Part shown: in pieces, positions 12,890-23,744 of the stretch | Numbering within the stretch: position 1 is the first letter of the stretch | Layout: each line of letters starts with the position of its first letter | DNA from: Octopus bimaculoides | Lineage: Eukaryota | Reading direction: 5' to 3' | Length of the DNA stretch: 33,969 nucleotides | Assembly: GCF_001194135.2 (NCBI RefSeq) | Contig: NC_068991.1 | Span: 35,779,577-35,813,545 of the forward strand | Notes under the pieces: model-generated | What the model was told of the DNA's origin: nothing | Seen by the model: the letters and a program-made list of their open reading frames with translations, nothing else | The model's database searches: none | Translations under genes and position numbers: made by a program

Positions 12890-12900
12890 TGTGTGTGTGT
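12776..12900. repeat. (GTTT)n then (GT)n microsatellite
   Basis: Direct reading of the sequence. Confidence 0.96.
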
Positions 12901-12929
12901 GGTAATATTTTGAATCTGAGGGAATTACT

Positions 12930-13170
12930 AAGGACCTGCGGGGGCAATATAAGAAACAGTGGTTACAGTAAATCCATTAGAGATTGTAGATATCAGTCCA
13001 TTGAGTGGCGGTGGGGAGCTGAGAAATCTGATGTTTTGAATTATAGTGTTTCGAAAGAGAGTCCTTTCTCTCATTTGATTGACGGAAGTAGGAATTTTAA
13101 AAATAGTACAGGCAAACAATAGACGACAAATCATCGCAGTTAATGAAAAATGGAGACTGTGAAGTGAGGC
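12930..13170 (+). mobile_element. Possible ancient LINE RT relic
   Basis: Ends in AATGAAAAATGGAGACTGTGAAGTGAG (K.ETVK, resembling the EKLEVV..F.YLG region); shares this segment with 13808-13835 in opposite orientation. Confidence 0.3.
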
Positions 13171-13479
13171 CATATTTCTTCCCACTTAAACCTGGATGTT
13201 CTGTTGGAACAAACTATACTGCAGTAGATATCATGAGAGAAACTCTCATATTGGCCTTGTTTATATCGTTAGCGGGGAGACAAATCCCCGCCGCCCTCGG
13301 AACCTAGACCATCAGATCGCATGATTTCGACCTTTTTTGGTCTTGTCGACCGCTAGAGATTGTAGTGACTCACCTACCCGCCAGCGATATATAGAATAAC
13401 AGTAGCAGAACAGGCATTGGTTTCGCAATTAGCCAGTGTGGGAGAAGTGGTGTGGTCTTCTACATCTAAGTCTCTCTTG

Positions 13480-13845
13480 GCCCTTCCTCTCAACACATCC
13501 TTGTCACTCTCTTTTTGAATCTTTCATTTACTAAGGTTACCCCCTCGTCCACACCTTGTCTCTATCATTTAAGGCCTTCTTTTCTTTCTTACTTTTGCAT
13601 GCTAATCCTTAAGAAATCGCCACTAAAATATCTTCGTGCAAAACTTCCATTTACTCTAATCCGCGCATCAGCTATACTTGTTCACCTCTAACAACCTCTT
13701 TTATAGTAACATATATAGAAATTTATCAACCGTGGTGAATTTTAAAAGAAATCTTTGTAAATGAAGACCGTACCACGTCTCTCATCTTTCATGGAGTAGT
13801 ACCTACACTCACTTCACAGTCTCCAACTTTCATTCACTGCAGGTT
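13480..13845 (-). mobile_element. Possible ancient RTE-like LINE RT relic
   Basis: Minus-strand frames give NEKLETVK, ADARIRVNGSF and a GP RET*/RGRAKR stretch, in the expected order for an RTE C-terminus. Heavily degraded. Confidence 0.35.
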
Positions 13846-14059
13846 TTTGGAAATCTTTGTAATTGAAGATGTGCTTACTCAAAGAAGCAGAACTCAAATT
13901 ATTTCCCAACACACATCCTCTCAATTGCTCTGTCGACGCAGACCATCACTACATTCCTTGAATCTAGACGTATCCATCTAATTTAGGTGAACTGGGTGAG
14001 TCATTACAGCGTCGGATTAAATGACTTGTGATATTTGTTATGGCTCTTGGTGTTTTCAG

Positions 14060-14112
14060 TTCAAATCCTGCCCATGCCAATTTTGGCTTTCATTCTTTCG
14101 CGATTGATAAGA
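14060..14112 (+). mobile_element. Degraded SINE family B fragment
   Basis: CAGTTCAAATCCTGCC...TTTTGGCTTTCATTCTTTCGCGATTGATAA resembles the B box plus central domain. Confidence 0.45.
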
Positions 14113-16615
14113 AGATACAAATCAAGGGCAATGTTTGACCAAGCTATATTGACCGTTGCCTTTTTCATTTGGTCAACTTTGGTGGCGTGGAAAAGAGAGA
14201 TTTGATTCCACCTGCAGCTGATAGTCTTAAGTATCTAGGCTAGTCTGAGGGTGGACTTACACCGACTTGAGCCTTTGCTAGGAACTTTCCAGGTATGAGT
14301 CCGTTGTTCTAGACAGGCACCAGATAATTACGTGACTATAAGGCTCAGTAATGCAGTATATGCTTCCAAGTAGAAAATGTTTTGTTGATAACTCTCTGAG
14401 AAAAGCTTTAGATCTATTTCACACAAGTATAAAAATTAACGCCATACACCGAATTTGCCTGCCCCCAAACACTTCGAGACGCCTCTTTGGTAGGTTTAAA
14501 AATCATTATTGAACCAAGTGCAGAGTATTGTCGCTGTACACTTGCGATGGAAGCTTTTCAAAGTCAACTGTATGTCTATTATTACTTATTCGTAATTATT
14601 GATTTTCTAATTTGATCAAAATTTATTGATTCGTTTGTTGCTATAGCATAAAAATAAGTCAACATGTGATCAAAAATGCCTACATCACATTTTTATCCAA
14701 GTTACATTGTATCTCTTGTATGGTAACTATAAACCTTGTTTATAGTATTGGTATTAAACCTGCTCTCGTTCAGAATGCGCTCAGAAATATTTCAAGACGG
14801 ATTTACCTGAAAGTCAATGTAGCCTTAATCTACATTCTATTTGATGACCTTACATGAAAACTTACATTTTGTTTTACAATTAATGACGTCAAGCAACAGT
14901 CAGTGGAAGAATTTGTGTATCAGGGTTTTCTTTTCTATCAATCAACCAATCCAAAATTGGAAGCATACTGCTTTTATGTGACTGACAATTTGTTTTTGGA
15001 AGATAATTTACAGGAAGCTCAATGTATGTTTCACATTGCAACCCTTAATTCTTCAGTGTCTACGAGGGTTTACGCCATTTTGAAGGTGTTGAGGTGTGGG
15101 AAGAAGTCTGATCCTTCAACATTGATTAGATGGGTGGTGAAGTGTAATTTCCAAGTATGCGGCTCATAAAACTACTGATATTTCCATTCAGGATCCATCG
15201 TCATTTTCTTGTTTGGCTCTGCATGTCGATGCTTTTTTGACGCATTCATTCACATTACCTTTAGTCAGAAGTCGAACGCAAGGACAAACCTGCGTGATTA
15301 CCGGTTGAATTATTTACTTCTCCACCGATAGACTATGCACTGGTTCCAAACTGATTGTGACTTTTCATGAGAGAAGCAAGGTATAAATTTAACTGAAGAA
15401 GCATTCCAAACTTGTAAGACTAATACAAGTAACCAATTCCGATTTATTTTGGCGAAACAATCGTATTAAACCATCGTTGTTCATTTCGGAATTTTTTATG
15501 AGAGAAATAAATTTGTCCTACTCCAGTAATGTAATTAAGCACATACAAGTTTTGCTATAGAACTATTTAGTCAATTGAATACCATCGCTATCATAGTGAA
15601 ACCTTTTTCCCCCCCAATATCTTGGGTGATAAAAAAGACAAAACTAGAAAATTTAAAACTTAGAATGGTCGAGGGATGAATGTCTAATAGGCAGTAAGTT
15701 TAAAAGTGGTTTGAAGTAAATTTAAGTTACCATTGATAAAATTTAAGCTGATCAAAATCAAAGTAATCAACTGCTGAAATATGGTGCGGAAGTTTAGTGG
15801 TAGCTCTCTAAAGGTAAAGGCGGCTAGTCAACTCCGCAAGAAAACACCATCATTTCTAATTGGTTTGTAACATTATTAAATTTCTCCAAGAAAATTGAAT
15901 TAATGGAAATTATCATTAATGTTCAAATATAATGTCAAATGATATTAAAAGCTATTTTTTTTCCAGAAAACGTGGCAGTTTAGAGAATTTACAAAGTCAA
16001 AATTGCAGTTCATTTCATGACGCAAGAAGTTGTAGATCTGAGAAATAAACTTTGTTTATTAAATTTCTAATTGCTTAGTGCAATACAATAACGGTTATTA
16101 CACATATCTCGTGCATGGATCTTTTCTTAGTTTAGTTCCAGTATAAAACAGAGAAAAGTAAAGATTTCTGCAGCAGGTTTCCAAGTCTCTGAATGAGGCG
16201 AGAGGGACTCTTCCATATTTTACAAAAGTGACTGGTTGATTTATGATGTTAATTTTTAAGCAATTGTATCTTCAGCTTGTATTATATGACTGTATGGGTT
16301 TCCACTTCCTGCTAAGTTACAAAATTTATTTACCCAAGAGGCGGATAATGAATTACAATAGTTTTATCATATATAAAGGTCTGAACTCCTGCACCTTAAA
16401 TCTATTGCTTAGAAACTTAAAATATGTGTCTGTGATAGGACAATGCCTTGCTAGTACGGAAGCCGCTACAGAAGTAAATGTTAACGCATTGACATAAAAG
16501 TAGCTTACAATGGATTGAATTGATCCCAGTAAAGATAACTGTCTACGAATGAGTATTTGAACTCAAGTTAACATCAAATATAGGAAACAACCCAGTGTAA
16601 TATTCTTCTATGCAT

Positions 16616-16817
16616 GCAGCCATGCTGGAGCACCACCTTTAGTTGAACAAATAGACTCCAGGACTTATTCTTTGTAAGCCTGGTACTTATTCTATCGGCC
16701 TCTTGCGCCGTACCGCTATGTTACGGGAACGTAAACACACCAATATCAGTTGTCAAGCGATGGTGGGATGACAAACTGACAAACACAGACTCACACACAC
16801 ACACACACACAGACACA

Positions 16818-16875
<58 letters not shown>
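16616..16875 (-). mobile_element. SINE family A 3' portion running into expanded (CA)n and a gap
   Basis: CCATGCTGGAGCACC...GGTACTTATTCTATCGG...GTTACGGGAACGTAAACACACC matches the reverse complement of 19200-19375. Confidence 0.88.
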
Positions 16876-17290
16876 NNNNNNNNNNNNNNNNNNNNNNNNN
16901 NNNNNNNNNNNNNNNNNNNNNNNNNNNNNNNNNNNNNNNNNNNNNNNNNNNNNNNNNNNNNNNNNNNNNNNNNNNNNNNNNNNNNNNNNNNNNNNNNNNN
17001 NNNNNNNNNNNNNNNNNNNNNNNNNNNNNNNNNNNNNNNNNNNNNNNNNNNNNNNNNNNNNNNNNNNNNNNNNNNNNNNNNNNNNNNNNNNNNNNNNNNN
17101 NNNNNNNNNNNNNNNNNNNNNNNNNNNNNNNNNNNNNNNNNNNNNNNNNNNNNNNNNNNNNNNNNNNNNNNNNNNNNNNNNNNNNNNNNNNNNNNNNNNN
17201 NNNNNNNNNNNNNNNNNNNNNNNNNNNNNNNNNNNNNNNNNNNNNNNNNNNNNNNNNNNNNNNNNNNNNNNNNNNNNNNNNNNNNNNNNN
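16876..17290. other. Assembly gap
   Basis: Run of N. Confidence 0.99.
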
Positions 17291-17499
17291 NATATATAGA
17301 TATGTTGGTGTAAACAGGAAAAATAGAACTCAAAATACAAGTACAGTGTACCCCCACTTATTCGCGGTTCGGCATTCGTGGTCCTGGTTATTCGCGGAAC
17401 GAATAATTGTTCTCGGAAACCACTGCATATTCGCAGATTCTTAAATATCGTCCGCGATTTTTTATGACTTCTGTCGTGGCAAGATCTCTCTCTCTCTCC

Positions 17500-17564
<65 letters not shown>
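17500..17564. repeat. (ATT)n microsatellite inside the Tigger 5' region
   Basis: Direct reading of the sequence. Confidence 0.96.
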
Positions 17565-17565
<1 letters not shown>

Positions 17566-17627
17566 GATTACTAAGTTTTTCAAAACCATGATTATTTTTA
17601 ATCTCTGCTCAATATCACATTGGTGGT

Positions 17628-18378
17628 ATGCGTATATTAGACGCAAGGAAGATCATTTTGTACGTTTGTTTGGGAAAAACTGCATCCAGTAGCTGTTATG
17701 ATGTCAACGAAAGAACTATACACTACATAAAGAAGAACGAAGTAGCGATTAGGTCTACCGTAGAAATAAGTTTCTGTGAAAGCGCCAAAAAGATAACGAC
17801 AGTGAAAAATAAGCACTTGGTCAGGATGGAATGTATCTTGGCATTGTGGATCAGTAACTACAAAAAGAAAAAAACATTCCCTTGAGTGATAACATCATCC
17901 GCGAGAAAGCGCGGAAATTATAGTAGTAGTTCGAGGGAGGAGGCGGAGCAGAAGGCATCGAAGAACCGCAACCAAGACCGACCATTGACACTACCGGAGC
18001 CCGAAGATTTTCGCGCTAGTAAGGGATGGTTTAACCGTTTCCAGAAACGGTTTAAAATAAAGTGTTTCCCGGCATTGAGAGTCAGCATCAGCCGACAAAG
18101 ACGCCGTCGAGAAGTACCTTGAGACCTTCAGGTAGATCATCGAGGACAAGAGATACAAGCCGGAACAGATTTTCAATATAGACGAGACTGGCCTGTTCTG
18201 GAAGAAGATGCCTTCCAGAATGTACATCAAGGACGAAGCTAGAGCTTCAGGATTTAAGGCACAAAAGGACAGACTGACGCTAATTATGTGTGGCAATGCT
18301 GCTGGATTCATGATGAAACCAGGTCATCTACAAGTCGACGAAGTCGAAGGCCTTCAAAAATAAGAATAAAAACCTGCT
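17628..18378 (+). pseudogene. Tigger/pogo transposase pseudogene (CENP-B-type HTH plus start of DDE domain)
   Basis: YDVNERTIHYIKKNE, LALWI, NIPLSDNIIREKARKL, FRASKGWFNRFQKRF, PEQIFNIDETGLFWKKMP, GFKAQKDRLTLIMCGNAAG. Frameshifts and stops present. Confidence 0.92.
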
Positions 18379-18987
18379 GTCAATCTCGTTCTTTCACTAT
18401 CCTTCGCGCTCGACACTGTTTTTAAGATGACAGTTAAGTACACTTAAAGGAATTAATAGAAGCTCTATCAATAGAGCTTCTATTAATTCCTTGTCGGCTC
18501 CTTCGACCCGCTTTTTGTCCCTGTGTCCCCAACTCCGTTTCCTCTTATTCACCTTATTTCGTTCTCATCTCGTTTCGCTACTTAACTTCTCCTCTCATCG
18601 ACTCTATCCTTATGTTACCACGATCGCTTTATTTCGCTGGCATTTACTTAAATTCCTTTTATCATCCTTATACCTTCTCATATCATCCTTATACCTTCTC
18701 ATATCATCCTGATATATCGTACGTACAGGAGTTGGACAAAATAATGGAAACATCTAGCATCCTAGTATTTGTGGGACGCCTGGGTTATTTATCAGAAAAA
18801 AAAAAACTTAATGAAAATTATATTCTGAGTAATGACTAATTATGTACTTAATAATAATTATACGGTTTGTAAAATCTGACATAAACCGATCACACACTAG
18901 AAGTATACTATTAAATGCCTGTTTTACTTCTAGATTCTGCTGTTTCAGCAAGTCCTTAGAGATCCTTCAAAATAATTCTAGACAATA

Positions 18988-19407
18988 GGCGCAGGAGTGG
19001 CTGTGTGGTAAGTAGCTTGCTAACCGACCACATGGTTCCGGGTTCAGTCCTACTGCGTGGCACCTTGGGCAAGTGTCTTGTACTGTAGCCTCGGGCCGAC
19101 CAAAGTCTTGTAAGTGGATTTGGTAGACAGAAACTGAAAGAAGCCCGTCGTATATATGTATATGTATATACATATGCATGTGTGTGTATATGTTTGTGTG
19201 TCTGTGTTTGTCCCCAACATCGCTTGACAACCGATGGCGGTGTGTTTACATCCCCGTAACTTAGCGGTTCGGCAAAAGAGACCGATAGAATAAGTACTAG
19301 GCTTCCAAAGAAAAAGTCCTGGGTCGATTTGGTTGACTAAAGGCGGTGCTCCAGCATGGCCGCAGTCAAATGACTGAAACAAGTAAAAGAGTAAAAGAGT
19401 AAAGAGT
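18988..19407 (+). mobile_element. Full-length octopus-type SINE family A (tRNA-derived head)
   Basis: A box TGGCTGTGTGG 18998-19008; B box GGTTCAGTCC 19041-19050; CCTTGGGCAAGTG (CORE-like motif); internal (TA)/(TG) tract; tail (GAGTAAAA)n; possible short AATAG direct repeat. Confidence 0.92.
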
Positions 19408-19739
19408 AATAGATTTATTATTTTAGTGAAAGCCGTATAACTCCTCTCTACATGTGATGTCTAACACTGCTACTGCACATTACTAGCTGTATTGTATATA
19501 AAACAAACACATAAAGTAAAATTTGAAAGTAGCAGAAAGTTTAACAATTTTAAATACGGCAATGATGATTGCATAAGTTATAACGTTATTACTATGGCCC
19601 TGTGATGTGTGCTATAAAACGTGGCAACATTTCTCGAATATCATTGCATTGCGGCGATGAACCCGCGAAGGTCCGCTATTTTGTGCACATCTTAAGTATT
19701 AACGACACACTAGAAAACAAAGTGGAAGAAATCCGCTCA

Positions 19740-19952
19740 GAAGTTGGATAAATGGAAACCAAGTTCGACATTGTCAAGAAGTAGACCAACCAAATTGACA
19801 GAGGTGCAGGACATTTAACTGCGATTGGATAGAAGTGGAAGAAAATAGCTTAGCTATGCGACAGAATATGGCATTTGATTATGATGACAATGATGAATGT
19901 GATGATAGTGATGAGGATGATGATGACGACGACGACGACGACGATTATGATG
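19740..19952 (+). mobile_element. Possible old LINE 3' end with (GAT/GAC)n tail
   Basis: KWKPSSTLSRSRPTK resembles W.P..RSRGRP and is followed by a (GAT)n(GAC)n tract at ~19878-19950. The repeat is certain; LINE origin is weak. Confidence 0.3.
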
Positions 19953-20902
19953 GTTGTTTCAAAATAAATACAATGTTAATTTGAGAAATTTCTAATAAAA
20001 AAGTTGAACCTGGAGCACAGTTGTGTATCTAATGTAACACGTTTAAAATTAAAGCCGTTTCCTACAAACGTACACGCACATGTAAGTGTGTGTTCATGTG
20101 AGTGCCTACAAACTGTCTACATCTCTGTTGTTTATATCCAAACGCACAAACATATGCTAATGTGTGCATATGTGTAAGTTAGAGTGTACGCAATTCTACA
20201 TCTCTAACTATTTATATGCAAATACAGGCACATACATGCTAATACAGGTGTGTATACGTGTGTTTGTGCGCGCATGTGTTTGGGTATGTACAACTGCCTA
20301 CCTCTACCTTTTTATATACAAACACTCGCGTAATGTAGGACTGATGTCAATGTACTGGTAGGCAATAGAATATACGAGTACATGTTCACTTATTGTCATA
20401 TAAAAAACTACATGACTATATACATATATATATATGTTATGCATATACACGCTTTCAGACGTACATATACACCCAGTCATTTCTTCCATCCCCCTCTCTT
20501 TCTTAAATAGAACACACACACACACATACTTATATTTTACATAATTCAAGAGATTATTGCGTATAAACGTCATTTACAGACAAGCTATTGGTTTTCTAAT
20601 TAGATTCGGGTTGATTTATTTGTCTGTAGCCATCACATTAAAATAAAATAAGACAAATTATAATCGAATGTTTCATTCAGATTTAGTTTCGTGGCGCATT
20701 GTATATATTGTAGAATGTACGGACATTATTTTTTACGTCAGTATACATTTTGAAATAGAGGCTGCTATACTTCTTTTCTCTCTAAATAACTATTATATCG
20801 AATATATGTTGGTAACAGTGGGATTAGATATCCTAGATTTAGTTATTTAGTTTACATCGCATTCTGTGAATAATAACATCTTTTGTTTTAGCTTTTTAAC
20901 AG

Positions 20903-20968
20903 GTAAATCACGGGTTTACTGCATTTATGGTGGCGTGAATAACAAGGGAATATCCACCTCGATGCAAG
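20903..20968 (+). CDS. Candidate 66-nt internal coding exon (phase 1-1), product unknown
   Basis: Polypyrimidine tract plus AACAG acceptor; AAG|GTGCGT donor; length 66; only the phase-1 frame is open: (G)KSRVYCIYGGVNNKGISTSMQ. No homolog recognised. Confidence 0.33.
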
Positions 20969-21230
20969 GTGCGTACCTCAGAAAGCACTCGTCTTCCGTT
21001 TTTTTTCAATGATATCCTGTGTCGATATAAATCAGCGAAAGATAAACACGCGCGCGCGCGCACACACGCACACACGCACGCACATATTCATAGACGATGG
21101 ACTTCCGCACAGTTTTTGTCTATGAAATTCTACACATAAGGAACTGCCCGGTTGAAAACGAACTCCTTAAGTTCATAGCCATAATAACCTATGGATGTTT
21201 ACCCTCATTAGCATGTATACATACAATCAG

Positions 21231-21283
21231 TTACATACATACATACATAAATACATACATACATACATACATACATACATACA
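21231..21283. repeat. (TACA)n microsatellite
   Basis: Direct reading of the sequence. Confidence 0.95.
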
Positions 21284-21359
21284 TGAAGCCTACGGATCCA
21301 AGCCATCACTGGAACTGTAAAGATTTGTAAAACTTTCGTTGGGGTCACCACTCTCTAGA

Positions 21360-21490
21360 GAGTCGATTACAGACATCGCACCACTTGAAAGTTGAAAAAT
21401 AAAGCAGACCTTGGTACGATTTGAACTCAGAACGTGAGAACACGTAGGTAAATATCGCAATGTACTTACTGATGCTCTACTGATTCTTCA
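21360..21490 (-). mobile_element. Degraded SINE family B head
   Basis: GATTTGAACTCAGAACGT...AAATATCGC matches GAATTTGAACTCAGAACGT...AAATACCGC of the 7884-8093 copy. Confidence 0.6.
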
Positions 21491-23279
21491 GATTAGCATA
21501 GATGCTATTACCATATCCAGTACAATAAAAGCTTGGTTACTTTTCTGAAAATTTAAAAGATGAAAAGTCGTATCGAAACATTAGACATGAAAAAAGTACA
21601 TTGTTCGCTCATTCTTTGCCATCAATATTTAGGTGAAACATCAACCTAGCAGCGACTGCATAAAATCGTATACACACACTTATACAAATACATGCACATA
21701 CACTTATCAAGCGCACAATCACGCACATACACACACACAATTGCACATATTTATATACACATACGAAAAGTAGGTAATGATTTTCATGCATATCTGTTGG
21801 TCATAAAGTATCATAAACAATTTCTAAGTCACTCTGTATAAAAAGGAAGTTTAGTCGCAATTTTAGTTTACGCAGGACCTCATCGTTACATTAACTATCC
21901 ACGTAAGAGGAATCATAATGATCAACTAATCTTTTTTCGACACAAAGCTCAATACTTATTACAAGTGGGAGGCGGTTGTAGTGTAATGTTTGTGACTTTT
22001 AACGGTTTTAATGAAACACATTCATTAAAATGGTGCCTATTAGGTACTAGAATATGCTGATGAGTTTCGTTCAACGTTAAATTATAATACTTTGTCGGCA
22101 TCATCTAGTGTTTGTTTTCAGAAATAGTGTGAGTGGGAGTGTATTATCCAGTGTATGGATTTATTTTTAAGATTGCAAGGTGTGATTTTAGGGATATTTG
22201 ACAGCTATTTCGAGCAAGTCATGCAACTGCCTTTCTATAACTGCTTTTCTATAAGGCTTGATTATTGAAAGTGAAGTGAAACGGTTATATGTAGTAACCG
22301 GAAGTGTATTTTATGGTCGGCTGGCAAGATTCTAGCAATATTACTAATACACGATGTTACTTACAATTCTATGAGGTAAAGGCAGAGTTACAACAGCTTG
22401 TGGAAACACTGCTTATTGAAAAGAATCGTTTGTGGAGATAATAAGCAGCTGAAGTTGGTTAAAATGAGAAGGTATCAAACATGTAACAATGGATGTTTCC
22501 TTTTCAAAGTGACATTTGCTGCGCTATGATTATTATTCTCACATATATTTGTATTTCCTTTTCATCTACATGGAATAAAGTGCAAGAGATTCATGGCTGC
22601 AGATTCAGTGAAAAACGTACAAAGTTAGATATTGAATTAATAAACCTATTTAATAACATGGTATGCACAACATTAAGTTTAAAATCAGGGAAATAAAATC
22701 TTTGATTTCTACCGATCGAAATTGCTTTTGCCAGTAAAATATTACGGTGAATCTGTAAGATTTGTCAGTTCATGTTAACAACAGTGTCATAATAAAGAAA
22801 CATCAAGAAGAAAATGATGCATATTTGGCTTCTTACACACGAAACCTTTCATTTATTGGAAACCAGGGCTAGATATTTACAATATTCATGCTTTTTTCAA
22901 TGATATTAGCAGCATTAGCGAAATAGTTTAAATCGGGAATCGAAAGAGGACAGCGTGCTTCGCTCTTCAGATTATAACTGTGAGATGTATAAAGTATCAC
23001 TTCTTTTTGACATGGCTATATTTTTAGGTGAGGTACAATAAGAAGTAGTGGTGTTCATGTTTTCCTTATGCGCTTAAACAATATAAATGAAGTCCATTCG
23101 CTTCTATTCGTAGTTTCCCTCGGTTCATTGCGGAATTATCTTTCGAACAAAAGTCTTTACTATAGTGAAAAAAAAAAAAAAAGATTCTCAATGATTTTGT
23201 TTTAAAGTAGTTTCTGGTTTGATTTTTGCAATCTTTTTACACTTCCTTTCTTTTTATACTTTTATCTTTTCGTATGCTT

Positions 23280-23620
23280 CTGTCATTGGACTAAGGTCAT
23301 GCTCGGACATTGTCTTGAAGGAATTTATCCGATCAAAATTTGCACCAGTAATATCTTAAGACTGGTACTTATTCTATCGTTCTTTTGCCGAGCTTCTAAG
23401 TTACAGCGACATATACAAATCTACATCTATTGTCGAGTAGTGAGAGACAAACACAAACGCACACACGCTCTTACACAGACTTCAGGCTTTTTTAAAGTTT
23501 CCTTGCCTGACAAGGTATTGATCGGCCCGCAGCTATTATAGAAGACATTTGCCCAAGGTACAGTATAAAGGGACTGAACCTAAAAGCATGAGGCTTCGGC
23601 ATATTTCTTAATCACACAGA
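23280..23620 (-). mobile_element. Old near-full-length SINE family A copy
   Basis: GGTACTTATTCTATCGTTCTTTTGCCGAG, ACATTTGCCCAAGGT and GGGACTGAACC (B box, reverse) are collinear with the reverse complement of 18988-19407. Confidence 0.78.
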
Positions 23621-23744
23621 TATATCTGACAGAAAATCACACAAGAAACAATAGAAACACATGCAGTGGTGAAACCATGAAGTAAGCCGCAGGCACTGAT
23701 GTATTATACAGCTAATATTACAAGTTAATATAATACATCAAGGA

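Larger units (their letters stand above)
17342..18380 (+). mobile_element. Tigger/pogo-type DNA transposon, 3'-truncated
   Basis: TA followed by Tigger-like left end CAGTGTACCCCCACTTATTCGCGG at 17344. Transposase remnants follow. No right TIR found by eye. Confidence 0.88.

Noticed and set aside
14690-15200. Possible minus-strand LINE relic (EELRVAM, SGK, IQEIQ...AFL)
   Set aside because: Similarity is too fragmentary to support without a profile search.
18988-19060. tRNA gene
   Set aside because: The A/B boxes belong to a SINE head; no complete cloverleaf, and SINE body sequence follows.
22056-22085. CTGATGAG-stem as a third hammerhead
   Set aside because: No GAAA or stem III/cleavage triplet follows; the same applies to CTGATGA at ~6580 and ~11737.
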